Assembly: GCA_963920595.1 (NCBI GenBank)
Contig: OY986946.1
Location: 124,001 to 188,000 of the forward strand
Origin: Eimeria praecox
Lineage: Eukaryota
Length of the DNA: 64,000 bases
Reading direction: 5' to 3'
The position numbers and the translations under genes are program-made. A model generated the notes under the pieces. It did not search any database and was not told the origin of the DNA. It worked only from the letters and a program-made list of their open reading frames with translations. Positions 27,282 to 40,900 of the stretch are shown in pieces (within the stretch, counting starts at the first letter, position 1; the number at the start of each line of letters is the position of its first letter).

Positions 27282-30200
27282 CTTTCATATATACCGCGTC
27301 GTCAATTAGCTGATGTCATCTATCGAGCGATACTCCGTCTGGGAAATGCAGATCGCTTTTCCCAACCCAGCATCCCTGTAATAGCCAACGTAAAACAAGG
27401 TTATAGCCACAGGAGGGCCCTACAGCTCCTCTACGTGCAGCTCCAGAAATCTACAAGCGCCTATACGCGCACCCATGCCTCGCCTAAGAAGGCGTCAATG
27501 GCAGCAACTTGACCAATCGCGTCAAGAAGATGAAATTTCGTTGTACCCATTAGACAGGCTGAAAACTGTTCGAGCACAGAACGCTTCGTTTCTTCGCAGC
27601 CCTGGGAGCTAACCATGTGCTTACTCTCTGGCAAGACCAGCACGTGATCGCAATTTCAGAGAAGGCCACTCTGCACTAAACCCGTCAGCGCACTTAGGAG
27701 AAATACCCAATTTTATGATGCGCACGCATGCAGAAGCCCTAACTCTTAGCCATACATTGCGTATACATCTATGGGCTGGAGGAGCTGCTTTCAACGAGGC
27801 CAACCGAGCCAAGCCAAAGCTTAATACCAAATTCAAAACGATGCGGCTGGCTGCACCCGAAGGGTCCTTCTCAAGTTGTTCGCTTCTGCTCAGAAAGCCA
27901 ACCCAGCATGTTTCGGAGGTATCCAGCGCATGCAAAGTGAAGGCCTGCATATTGCGTGCCTCTGACTAGCATCTGGAGTGCTGCGAACAGTGTCGTACGA
28001 GGTGTCAAGCTCGAACGAAAATGAGCGACATGCTTGTAGGCGGCACGCATTGAGGACGCACCAAAGTTCAGTTATTCTAGCCATACGGCAAGCATCAACC
28101 GTCGCTAGAGGTTTGGCTTCCTTTTGTATTACCCGGTGCTGTGGAATGCGTTACAGATTCCGCGTTATTTTTTGCAAGCGCCATGAAGGTTTACAGCCCG
28201 CGGCGTCGGAAGCGGTCCGCGCTTTGCTACTCTACCCTTCCACCGAACAACGCCAACAAATATGGCCTAGCCAATCGCCGACATCATTTGCTATATCTGC
28301 CCTGTCTGACAAAAGCATATCGCGTATCAAAAGACCCTGCTACAGTAGGGGCTAAAGAGGCTCAGTGATAATGCAAAACGAATTCCTACTTCTCATAAGG
28401 CAAATCTATTACTCTGCCCACAGACGCATACGCATCAATTCTTGTCATCAGTCGGAACTGTAACAGTATCAAGGGAAGTGACAAATGTATAAACTTGCTA
28501 CTGCGTGCACACTTCCTGCAAGAACAGAGAGCAATAGGAACAGCGGAAGAGGCTTTGCAACACCGTGAGAATACTTACTTGCAAACAAGCTACGCAGACC
28601 GCGATGAACACTCATGGGAGCTCGCTAACTTTCCGCCCAATAGTGCACATACTCCTACATGCAAACAAAGCTGATTTCAACCAGCACAAGCAAACGACGC
28701 CCACGCTCACCACCAACCACAAAAATGCTCATTGCATTTGACTTACCTTGTGTTCTCATCGAGTTGCTTCCTGCTGACAGACCACCGGTGATACGGAAGT
28801 TTAGCTGTTAGGAAGGTATAGCACTCACGTGGATTAAGGGGCTTCATAGCAATCGCCCCCCATTAGTGAATGGCGCTACCAGCTGGTGGCTGGGAGACTG
28901 CGGCCTTGAGGGAATACCAGCAACACATTTGGAGGCCCCGCCTACTTCAAACGCAAAACAGGTTAACTACTCTTGATAAACCAGAATGACAAGCCTTCAC
29001 TACGAGTTCCACCTTATGTGCTACTTAATAGCTTTACGTGGGCTGCCGTTTTGACATCCTCTTGTGCAAGCGCCCGTCCGGATCTACGCAAGCACAGTGT
29101 TCGAGTGTTGGCCGCCCCATAAGGGCCATACGGGCCCTTCCCTGTTCCCACTCTCCGCGGCAGAGCTGCTGTTACACATCCCCGGAGTACACACCAATAA
29201 TACTGAACCGGTGTAGCACAAGTCATCGAGTTAGCACGGTTTCCTCCTTCCACGTGTTGTGCTGCACATCTACTGTCCCATCGATTCACTCACATCGCTT
29301 GTATTGAAAGACCCTGCCCCGCAAGCGCAGGCCACGTATCGAAACTCCTCGCCCCAGTAAACCCCCAAAGAAACCATGGCTGAAACAACGCGAATTCGCG
29401 CTTCTTCTAGCACTGCATCTCCCCAAATATGCGCGCATGCAGATACACCGATGCTTGTCATCAAGTAAGCTGAAACCTATCCACACCCAAGACCGAGCCG
29501 AGCAGACATTCTTGTTTCCAGCTGCGTACTTCCTGAGAGCACCAGTGCTCGCTTGTACTGTTACCAAAGGCCTTGCCGCACCTAGCCCCTCCAGGCGCGC
29601 ACACAGACTACAGAACCATACGATGCTCACACGTGCAGGCCCGATAGCTCTTTGCCAAACTATGCGAATATACCAATCTGCGAACGTAGGTATATTTGGT
29701 CAGCACAGCGAGACTAAGCGAAAGCTTGACGCGAATTGCCAGACGATGCAGCTGGGTGCCCGGGGCGTGTTTTTCGGTGTTTGCCGCATCCTTCTGCAAG
29801 AACAACGGTGCGTGTAGACGTTGCAGACATTCTGGAGACATTAAGCGCGTGCAGGCCCAGCGTCCGCTTCCCGTTTTCCTCTGTTGCACTGCTATCAGTT
29901 GCTTGCTGTGAAATTCCAAGCTCGAACGAAAAGGAGTACCACAGTCATAGGGCCAACCTGCCACACATAAAAAGCAAGCTAAGTATTCTTGCCAATGAAG
30001 AAACATCCACCTGCGTTGCTTGTTCCCCGTTCGTCTGTGTTATCCAGTGGCTGCCCAACGAGTTCCGGGTTCTGCTATTTGTTACGCAGGCGCCAAGCGG
30101 ACGTACATAACTTGTGTCCTTGGCGCCTTCGGGGGCTGCTCGGCATTCGCTATTCTTGTCGTTCCAGAACAACAGCCATCACACATAACCCAGCTGACCC

Positions 30201-30696
30201 TCAATGCTACGGAGCCTTTAGCGCACGCCCCAAGCCCCCGCGTAGTTACAGCACTCTCCAACCACATATGGCTTTCACATATACCGCCTCGTCAATTAGC
30301 TGATGTCATCTACCAAGCGATACTCCCTCTGGGAAATGCAGATCGCTTTTCCCAACCCAGCATCCCTGTAATAGCCAACGTCAAACAAGGTTATAGCCAC
30401 AGGAGGGCCCTACAGCTCCTCTACGTGCAGCTCCAGAAATCTACAAGCGCCTATACGCGCACCCGTGCCTCGCCTAAGAAGGCGTCAATGGCAGCAACTT
30501 GACCAATCGCGTCAAGAAGATGAAATTTCGTTGTACTCATTAGACAGGCTGAAAACTGTTCGAGCACAGAACGCTTTGTTTCTTCGCAGCCCTGGGAGCT
30601 AACCATGTGCTTACTCTCTGGCAAGACCAGCACGTGATCGCAATTTCAGAGAAGGCCACTCTGCACTAAACCCGTCAGGGCACTTAGGCACTTAGG

Positions 30697-31903
30697 CCAA
30701 CGATCCACAGACGCGCCGCGAAGCACGAACGGGCCCGCGCAGCTCTGACCGACGATGAACACACTGGCGCTATACACTCAGTCCTCATAGCCAGTCCTTT
30801 CCCCGAAGTTACGGATCCATTTTACCGACTTCCTTTATCTACGTTCTTCTATCGACCAGGGGCTGCTAACCCTGGAGACATGAACCGGTTAATGGTACGG
30901 CCAGGGGTGTAAATAACACCTTTCCCCCCTCTTTTCAAGGTCCGTCAGAAGCGCACCAGATTCCTGGCAAGCCAGGAAGCTTTATCAACCAGTCAACCCT
31001 ATCTCCAGATAACCTGGTTGCAGGGTAAGCTACTAAAGAGGTTGGTAAAAAGCAAAGACAACGCTTCGCGGGTCCCCCGCCTGCGTCGAGGATTTCATTC
31101 ACGTTACTGTGCAGTATCCGCGTCCTGGCTCAGGACTATTATCCTGATTCCCTTTCGCGAAATACGAGGGCAATAAAGCCCCGCAATTCCCGCAGTCAAG
31201 CGTTCGCTTAGGACAGGCTAAGCCATGTCCAATTGCTGCTCACTTGGAGCCCTTCTTCACTTCAGTCTTCAAAGTTCTCATTTGAATATTTGCTACTGCC
31301 ACCAAGATCTGCACTAGAGACCGCTTCGTACAGGCTCACGCCCAATGCTTCGCTACCATCCCCACGTCTTCCCACTCATTATCGCAAAAGGTCCAGTGCT
31401 AAAAATTTGCAATAATGGCCTGGTATCGGTAGCTGCCTGTAGCGCCATCCATTTTCAGGGCTGGTTCATTCGGCAGGTAAGTTGTTACACCCTTCTGCAC
31501 TTACATTTCGACCCCCATGACCACCGTCCTGCTGTAAAAAATGAACCATCACCTTGTATGGTGTCTGATGAGCGAAACTTTACGCGCCTTAATAAAGCGT
31601 TAGAAGAAACCCTCATCCCCAGTTCTGCTTGCCGAAAATCGCCCACTTTGAGCTCATATTAACTCCAGCAGTTCAAGGAAGTAACCACTGGATCTTACCC
31701 ATTTAACCTTTGAGAATAGGTCGAGGGCAACGCTGACCGGAGGCCTTTAATCATTCGCTTTACCTGATGAAACTAACTGAACTCCAGTCCAGCTATCCTG
31801 AGAGGCACCTCGGAAGAAACCAGATGCCAGACGGTTCGATTAGTCTTTTGCCCCTATATCCAACTTTAACGAACGATTTGCAAGTCAGTATCGCTACGAC
31901 CTT
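30697..31903 (-). pseudogene. 28S/LSU rRNA fragment, copy 5, with an 8-bp duplication at the left junction
   Basis: Near-identical to copy 1. The junction reads agggcacttaggcacttagg|ccaacg. Confidence 0.95.
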
Positions 31904-34900
31904 CTTTCATATATACCGCGTCGTCAATTAGCTGATGTCATCTATCGAGCGATACTCCGTCTGGGAAATGCAGATCGCTTTTCCCAACTCAGCATCCCTG
32001 TAATAGCCAACGTCAAACAAGGTTATAGCCACAGGAGGGCCCTACAGCTCCTCTACGTGCAGCTCCAGAAATCTACAAGCGCCTATACGCGCACCCATGC
32101 CTCGCCTAAGAAGGCGTCAATGGCAGCAACTTGACCAATCGCGTCAAGAAGATGAAATTTCGTTGTACCCATTAGACAGGCTGAAAACTGTTCGAGCACA
32201 GAACGCTTTGTTTCTTCGCAGCCCTGGGAGCTAACCATGTGCTTACTCTCTGGCAAGACCAGCACGTGATCGCAATTTCAGAGAAGGCCACTCTGCACTA
32301 AACCCGTCAGCGCACTTAGGAGAAATACCCAATTTTATGATGCGCACGCATGCAGAAGCCCTAACTCTTAGCCATACATTGCGTATACATCTATGGGCTG
32401 GAGGAGCTGCTTTCAACGAGGCCAACCGAGCCAAGCCAAAGCTTAATACCAAATTCAAAACGATGCGGCTGGCTGCACCCGAAGGGTCCTTCTCAAGTTG
32501 TTCGCTTCTGCTCAGAAAGCCAACCCAGCACGTTTCGGAGGTATCCAGCGCATGCAAAGTGAAGGCCTGCATATTGCGTGCCTCTGACTAGCATCTGGAG
32601 TGCTGCGAACAGTGTCGTACGAGGTGTCAAGCTCGAACGAAAATGAGCGACATGCTTGTAGGCGGCACGCATTGAGGACGCACCAAAGTTCAGTTATTCT
32701 AGCCATACGGCAAGCATCAACCGTCGCTAGAGGTTTGGCTTCCTTTTGTATTACCCGGTGCTGTGGAATGCGTTACAGATTCCGCGTTATTTTTTGCAAG
32801 CGCCATGAACGTTTACACATGCCATGCTGCCCGCGGCGTCGGAAGCGGTCCGCTCTTTGCTACTCTACCCTTCCACCGAACAACGCCAACAAATATGGCC
32901 TAGCCAATCGCCGACATCATTTGCTATATCTGCCCTGTCTGACAAAAGCATATCGCGTATCAAAAGACCCTGCTACAGTAGGGGCTAAAGAGGCTCGGTG
33001 CTAATGCAAAACGAATTCCTACTTCTCATAAGGCAAATCTATTACTCTGCCCACAGACGCATACGCATCAATTCTTGTCATCAGTCGGAACTGTAACAGT
33101 ATCAAGGGAAGTGACAAATGTATAAACTTGCTACTGCGTGCACACTTCCTGCAAGAACAGAGAGCAATAGGAACAGCGGAAGAGGCTTTGCAACACCGTG
33201 AGAATACTTACTTGCAAACAAGCTACGCAGACCGCGATGAACACTCATGGGAGCTCGCTAACTTTCCGCCCAATAGTGCACATACTCCTACATGCAAACA
33301 AAGCTGATTTCAACCAGCACAAGCAAACGACGCCCACGTTCACCACCAACCACAAAAATGCTCATTGCATTTGACTTACCTTGTGTCTTCATCGAGTTGC
33401 TTCCTGCTGACAGACCACCGGTGATACGGAAGTTTAGCTGTTAGGAAGGTATAGCACTCACGTGGATTAAGGGGCTTCATAGCAATCGCCCCCCATTAGT
33501 GAATGGCGCTACCAGCTGGTGGCTGGGAGACTGCGGCCTTGAGGGAATACCAGCAACACATTTGGAGGCCCCGCCTACTTCAAACGCAAAACAGGTTAAA
33601 TACTCTTGATAAACCAGAATGACAAGCCTTCACTACGAGTTCCACCTTATGTGCTACTTAATAGCTTTACGTGGGCTGCCGTTTTGATATCCTCTTGTGC
33701 AAGCGCCCGTCCGGATCTACGCAAGCACAGTGTTCGAGTGTTGGCCGCCCCATAAGGGCCATACGGGCCCTTCCCTGTTCCCACTCTCCGCGGCAGAGCT
33801 GCTGTTACACATCCCCGGAGTACACACCAATAATACTGAACCGGTGTAGCACAAGTCATCGAGTTAGCACGGTTTCCTCCTTCCACGTGTTGTGCTGCAC
33901 ATCTACTGTCCCATCGATTCACTCACATCGCTTGTATTGAAAGACCCTGCCCCGCAAGCGCAGGTCACGTATCGAAACTCCTCGCTCCAGTAAACCCCCA
34001 AAGAAACCATGGCTGAAACAACGCGAATTCGCGCTTCTTCTAGCACTGCATCTCCCCAAATATGCGCGCATGCAGATACACCGATGCTTGTCATCAAGTA
34101 AGCTGAAACCTAACCACACCCAAGACCGCGCCGAGCAGACATTCTTGTTTCCAGCTGCGTACTTCCTGAGAGCACCAGTGCTCGCTTGTACTGTTACCAA
34201 AGGCCTTGCCGCACCTAGCCCCTGCAGGCGCGCACACAGACTACAGAACCATACGATGCTCACACGTGCAGGCCCGATAGCTCTTTGCCAAACTATGCGA
34301 ATATACCAATCTGCGAACGTAGGTATATTTGGTCAGCACAGCGAGACTAAGCGAAAGCTTGACGCGAATTGCCAGACGATGCAGCTGGGTGCCCGGGGCG
34401 TGTTTTTCGGTGTTTGCCGCATCCTTCTGCAAGAACAACGGTGCGTGTAGACGTTGCAGACATTCTGGAGACACTAAGCGCGTGCAGGCCCAGCGTCCGC
34501 TTCCCGTTTTCCTCTGTTGCACTGCTATCAGTTGCTTGCTGTGAAATTCCAAGCTCGAACGAAAAGGAGTACCCCAGTCATAGGGCCAACCTGCCGCACA
34601 CAAAAAGCAAGCTAAGTATTCTTGCCAATGAAGAAACATCCACCTGCGTTGCTTGTTCCCCTTTCGTCTGTGTTATCCAGTGGCTGCCCAACGAGTTCCG
34701 GGTTCTGCTATTTGTTACGCAGGCGCCAAGCGGACGTACATAACTTGTGTCCTTGGCGCCTTCGGGGGCTGCTCGGCATTCGCTATTCTTGTCGTTCCAG
34801 AACAACAGCCATCACACATAATCCAGCTGACCCTCAATGCTACGGAGCCTTTAGCGCACGCTCCAAGCCCCCGCGTAGTTACAGCACTCTCCAACCACAT

Positions 34901-37900
34901 ATGGCTTTCACATATACCGCCTCGTCAATTAGCTGATGTCATCTATCGAGCGATACTCCCTCTGGGAAATGCAGATCGCTTTTCCCAACCCAGCATCCCT
35001 GTAATAGCCAACGTCAAACAAGGTTATAGCCACAGGAGGGCCCTACAGCTCCTCTACGTGCAGCTCCAGAAATCTACAAGCGTCTATACGCGCACCCATG
35101 CCTCGCCTAAGAAGGCGTCAATGGCAGCAACTTGACCAATCGCGTCAAGAAGATGAAATTTCGTTGTACCCATTAGGCAGGCTGAAAACTGTTCGAGCAC
35201 AGAACGCTTTGTTTCTTCGCAGCCCTGGGAGCTAACCATGTGCTTACTCTCTGGCAAGACCAGCACGTGATCGCAATTTCAGAGAAGGCCACTCTGCACT
35301 AAACCCGTCAGCGCACTTAGGAGAAATACCCAATTGCATGATGCGCACGCATGCAGAAGCCCTAACGCTTAGCCATACATTGCGTATACATCTATGGGCT
35401 GGAGGAGCTGCTTTCAACGAGGCCAACCGAGCCAAGCCAAAGCTTAATACCAAATTCAAAACGATGCGGCTGGCTGCACCCGAAGGGTCCTTCTCAAGTT
35501 GTTCGCTTCTGCTCAGAAAGCCAACCCAGCACGTTTCGGAGGTATCCAGCGCATGCAAAGTGAAGGCCTGCATATTGCGTGCCTCTGACTAGCATCTGGA
35601 GTGCTGCGAACAGTGTCGTACGAGGTGTCAAGCTCGAACGAAAATGAGCGACATGCTTGTAGGCGGCACGCATTGAGGACGCACCAAAGTTCAGTTATTC
35701 TAGCCATACGGCAAGCATCAACCGTCGCTAGAGGTTTGGCTTCCTTTTGTATTACCCGGTGCTGTGGAATGCGTTACAGATTCCGCGTTATTTTTTGCAA
35801 GCGCCATGAACGTTTACACATGCCATGCTGCCCGCGGCGTCGGAAGCGGTCCGCTCTTTGCTACTCTACCCTTCCACCGAACAACGCCAACAAATATGGC
35901 CTAGCCAATCGCCGACATCATTTGCTATATCTGCCCTGTCTGACAAAAGCATATCGCGTATCAAAAGACCCTGCTACAGTAGGGGCTAAAGAGGCTCGGT
36001 GCTAATGCAAAACGAATTCCTACTTCTCATAAGGCAAATCTATTACTCTGCCCACAGACGCATACGCATCAATTCTTGTCATCAGTCGGAACTGTAACAG
36101 TATCAAGGGAAGTGACAAATGTATAAACTTGCTACTGCGTGCACACTTCCTGCAAGAACAGAGAGCAATAGGAACAGCGGAAGAGGCTTTGCAACACCGT
36201 GAGAATACTTACTTGCAAACAAGCTACGCAGACCGCGATGAACACTCATGGGAGCTCGCTAACTTTCCGCCCAATAGTGCACATACTCCTACATGCAAAC
36301 AAAGCTGATTTCAACCAGCACAAGCAAACGACGCCCACGTTCACCACCAACCACAAAAATGCTCATTGCATTTGACTTACCTTGTGTCTTCATCGAGTTG
36401 CTTCCTGCTGACAGACCACCGGTGATACGGAAGTTTAGCTGTTAGGAAGGTATAGCTCTCACGTGGATTAAGGGGCTTCATAGCAATCGCCCCCCATTAG
36501 TGAATGGCGCTACCAGCTGGTGGCTGGGAGACTGCGGCCTTGAGGGAATACCAGCAACACATTTGGAGGCCCCGCCTACTTCAAACGCAAAACAGGTTAA
36601 ATACTCTTGATAAACCAGAATGACAAGCCTTCACTACGAGTTCCACCTTATGTGCTACTTAATAGCTTTACGTGGGCTGCCGTTTTGACATCCTCTTGTG
36701 CAAGCGCCCGTCCGGATCTACGCAAGCACAATGTTCGAGTGTTGGCCGCCCCATAAGGGCCATACGGGCCCTTCCCTGTTCCCACTCTCCGCGGCAGAGC
36801 TGCTGTTACACATCCCCGGAGTACACACCAATAATACTGAACCGGTGTAGCACAAGTCATCGAGTTAGCACGGTTTCCTCCTTCCACGTGTTGTGCTGCA
36901 CATCTACTGTCCCATCGATTCACTCACATCGCTTGTATTGAAAGACCCTGCCCCGCAAGCGCAGGTCACGTATCGAAACTCCTCGCTCCAGTAAAACCCC
37001 CAAAGAAACCATGGCTGAAACAACGCGAATTCGCGCTTCTTCTAGCACTGCATCTCCCCAAATATGCGCGCATGCAGATACACCGATGCTTGTCATCAAG
37101 TAAGCTGAAACCTAACCACACCCAAGACCGCGCCGAGCAGACATTCTTGTTTCCAGCTGCGTACTTCCTGAGAGCACCAGTGCTCGCTTGTACTGTTACC
37201 AAAGGCCTTGCCGCACCTAGCCCCTGCAGGCGCGCACACAGACTACAGAACCATACGATGCTCACACGTGCAGGCCCGATAGCTCTTTGCCAAACTATGC
37301 GAATATACCAATCTGCGAACGTAGGTATATTTGGTCAGCACAGCGAAACTAAGCGAAAGCTTGACGCGAATTGCCAGACGATGCAGTTGGGTGCCGGGGA
37401 CGTGGAGCGCTTGCATCGCCTGTAAGTCCACCCCCATCAACCTTTAGAAACGCATTAAGGTTTTTTCGTACATCCTAAAACATGGCATTGCCCATAACGG
37501 CTTCTAAATCATGATTTTGCTTTGAGGTATCCAGACGTTTTGCAAATTGGTCAAGCAGCATTAGGGTATTTTCGTGGCTCTGGCAGCTAACTATATGCGT
37601 ACTCTCTGAGCAGAGCAAGCCGCGACCGCAACTTCTGAGAAGGATTCGCCACGGCGCAAGACGTGCAGATGTTCAAGCCACTAGGAATCCATCAACCAAA
37701 TGCAAACCGCGGGCCCGGTTCTGGTCTGTCTGTGCTGACTGTGGTGGACGTTTGTGGAAACCTTTCCGGGCGATGCCTAGCTTGAACTAAAGTGGGAACC
37801 GCATGCATAATTTACACATCCTAGCACAAAACAGCTTAATGTGCCCAAAAGGATCCAGCACCATCATCCTGCAGTATTCATTCGGCGTTTTTGTGGTGCT

Positions 37901-40900
37901 CAACAGAAATACTGTAAGTTAAGTGCTCGTCTTCATTGCACGTGCGGGCCATACAACTAGTGGAGCGCTGTCGAACAGAAGCGGCTCCCATTTCGCTTTC
38001 CCCGTTCTCCTAGAAATACGTAATACTACTAATCACGGGCATGCGTGCCAGTATTACCAAAAATCTCAGCACAAATACTGCCCAGTTTTGGGAACAAATA
38101 ACGGCGTAATCGACTTTCCTTCTGTCTACGTAGGGCGCTGCTCATGCACTCCCTCACCGATTTTCTTCTATTTGTAATACCGTATTCCGCTGCAAATTCA
38201 TATGGCGTATCGGAACACCCCTATCCAGCAGAAGCCAAAAGAACGTATGGTTAAAGCAAAAGAAGGTCCTGCCTCTGAGCAGACTGCAGCTCAACAAAGC
38301 CGCTGAGGCATTTACGCCTGCCACATTTAGCAGGAAGCTTAACGAAATTCATAACCCTGCGTAGCAGATTGCTCAGCCCATTATGTGCATACTCTCTGGA
38401 CAAGTGGACAAGAGCCAGCACACCATCGTAATGGCAGAAAAGGCTTCACCGAGCCGCTACCGCCGCGAGCAAGGCATTTTTCGATGATTGCACGATGCTT
38501 ATACGATAGAGGTTTCGTATCTTTTTGCCAAAGACTTGCTCTACTCCGACTGGTAGGCGAGGATGATTGCGACCCCTGGGAGGGAGGTAAGCTAGGTTCA
38601 GACTAAGTTCCATCGCTTTGTCATTGCAAGGCGATGAAGTTGGCTGCATCGCCTTCAAGAAAAATTGGAAATGCTCAACAAGAAGATATATCTCTTAGGT
38701 CACCTACGGTGTGCTTTATCGCTCTGCATGACGCCTCGCGACGAGATGGTTATTTCGAAAGACACTCAGCACTCAATCACAAACTGCGGCTTCTTCGGCC
38801 GCAAAACAGCTTTCCTTAAATCGCCAAGCCAATGTCTGCACTACGGGCTTCGTCAGTAATCACCAATCCTACTAAGGGCTACCGGCATTCTTTTTTCTCC
38901 CCTTGCATTACAGCTTCACGAGTTTGTAAGCATGCATGTCCACATGCGTGCCTGCCACCTGTCAGCCTAAAACGTAGCAGGGCCCACGGCGGGGCTGAGC
39001 AGATAATTTTGCTTCTGAAGGCACACTTGCTGCACGAAGCGACGCCCGTTCGCAATGAAAAAAGTTTTCGCCACTCCGCCGACGCAGGCACGTGCACACA
39101 AACAGCACACTCCCCCGTCGCTCGCACATGCACTTCCCCTACGTTTTACCCAAAGATTTCGCAAGCCAACAAAGCCCGAGCCATATTCCAAATGCTGCTG
39201 GATACGTATGGCTGCATGGGATGTTCGTACCAAATTGCGTTCTGCTGGAATGCCAGTCATAAACAGACCCAGTACCTGCTTCCCGCCTGTCGCTGCCTAC
39301 TACGACTGCGCACTGCCAACGCTTTGCCGTCAGACACTGAGCTAAAGCCCAGAGGTCCTAAACTCCAAACACAAAACAGTTGACCTAGAGCCGTTAAACC
39401 AAAATTACCGACCTGTAGGACACAATGAACTAGCGGGTGAGCTTTCGTTTGAGCCGGCGCCATGCGTATTTACACAACTCACGCTTGTTGCGTGAATCGT
39501 AAAGAAAGATCACCGCGCAGTCGATTGCTTCTTGCTAGCCCTTAGCAGCCAACATATATGCTACTCGCGAACATCGTGTTTAAGCCTGTACTGCCAAGCG
39601 CCACACCGGGAACTCCTATTGCGCATCGATGCACCGCGCTGAACGCAAAAAGAGCACGGTTGACGCGAAATGCGCCTCTATATCTCCTCACGCGTTAACG
39701 CTACGAAACACCATGGATTTATAGAGACAATTAGGCCTGCAATTGTACGATATGAAACGGTGCAACCATACACGCTGCAACGAAATAGTACCCGCACCGA
39801 CCACCGATAACGTGAGTCTGCCTTAGGTGCTTCATGTATGCCCCGAGCAATTCCAGCACCTAAGCGCTTTGTTTCATCGCACTGCTGACAAATAATTTTG
39901 TGCATACTTCCTGGGCAGGAAATCCGTCTACAGCAGCGTGGGTAACCTCTCTCCAAATCAGGAACACCATCCTGCACTACGAACCCCCTTTTTCTCTGTA
40001 TTATTCAATACAGTCCGCCACGGGCTCCTCTTTAGTTTGTACTGGCGCCATGCGAATTTACACAGCTGGTGTTGGCTGCGCTTTCGGCTGCGTCCCGCAC
40101 TTTGCTATTTTCGGCCTTCGCGAACCATGGAGCATCACGTAAATCCGCGCTGGCTGTCAAGAATGCTAAACCCTTGGATCTAATCATTGTGCAACCGTTT
40201 TCTCCTCGTTTTAGCCCATTGCTCTGCACATAACTGTTCCTTTAACGCACAGGAGACCGCGATCCCAGAATCTTGTTCGCCAAAGCCAGTCGAGTGCCCC
40301 AACGCAATCTCCCGCAAAGGTAAAGAGTAGGCAAGCACCACTTCCTTCCACACTGTTGCTCCAAATGCCTGCACATATTCATATCTGCAGCAATGCCTGC
40401 CACCAGAGAGGCTTGAACGCACCAGTATTGCATAATTGCGTCTAGACGTCTACTGCAAACCTGGTTCAAATGCCCCTACCTGCTCAGCGCTTTGCCCAGA
40501 CGCAAATCTGGCACCCAAATATTTGCACACTTTCTGGACATATCAGTGAGCGATTCTGACGCCGGAAAAAAAACAAATCATGCACTCCAACTACGGAGAC
40601 CAGGGTCACGTTGACCTCGGGTACTGGCAGTTCTACGGACCCCCTGAGATATTTAGACCTATTCAAAGCTGCACCTTGCCCGCCACTAGAATAGCTTAAC
40701 GAATTGTGGCAAGCCAGAACCACTCGCGTGCACTACTCGTTCTGTTAGTTTCGTTATTCTGTGTTATCAAAACGCTACACAACGCCCTGCCGGTGCCGCG
40801 TTCAAGTCTTCATATAGTTTCTGACTTCTCCTGAGACTCATTGTGCTGCATATACACTGCCTCTAAAACTCATCGGCACCTTTTGTAAGAGCAGACGCTG

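Larger units (their letters stand above)
1..37404. repeat. Homogeneous higher-order tandem array: 3001-bp full units (F) interleaved with 1624/1632-bp rDNA-bearing units (R). Order: F R F R F F F F R F' R F' R F F(partial), where F' is 2990 bp
   Basis: The marker gcagcaacttgacc recurs at 1, 3002, 4626, 7627, 9251, 12252, 15253, 18254, 21255, 22887, 25877, 27501, 30491, 32123 and 35124, and the ORF track repeats with the same offsets. Copies differ only by scattered SNPs and small indels. Similarity stops abruptly near 37404, and the array runs off the left edge of the window. Confidence 0.97.
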
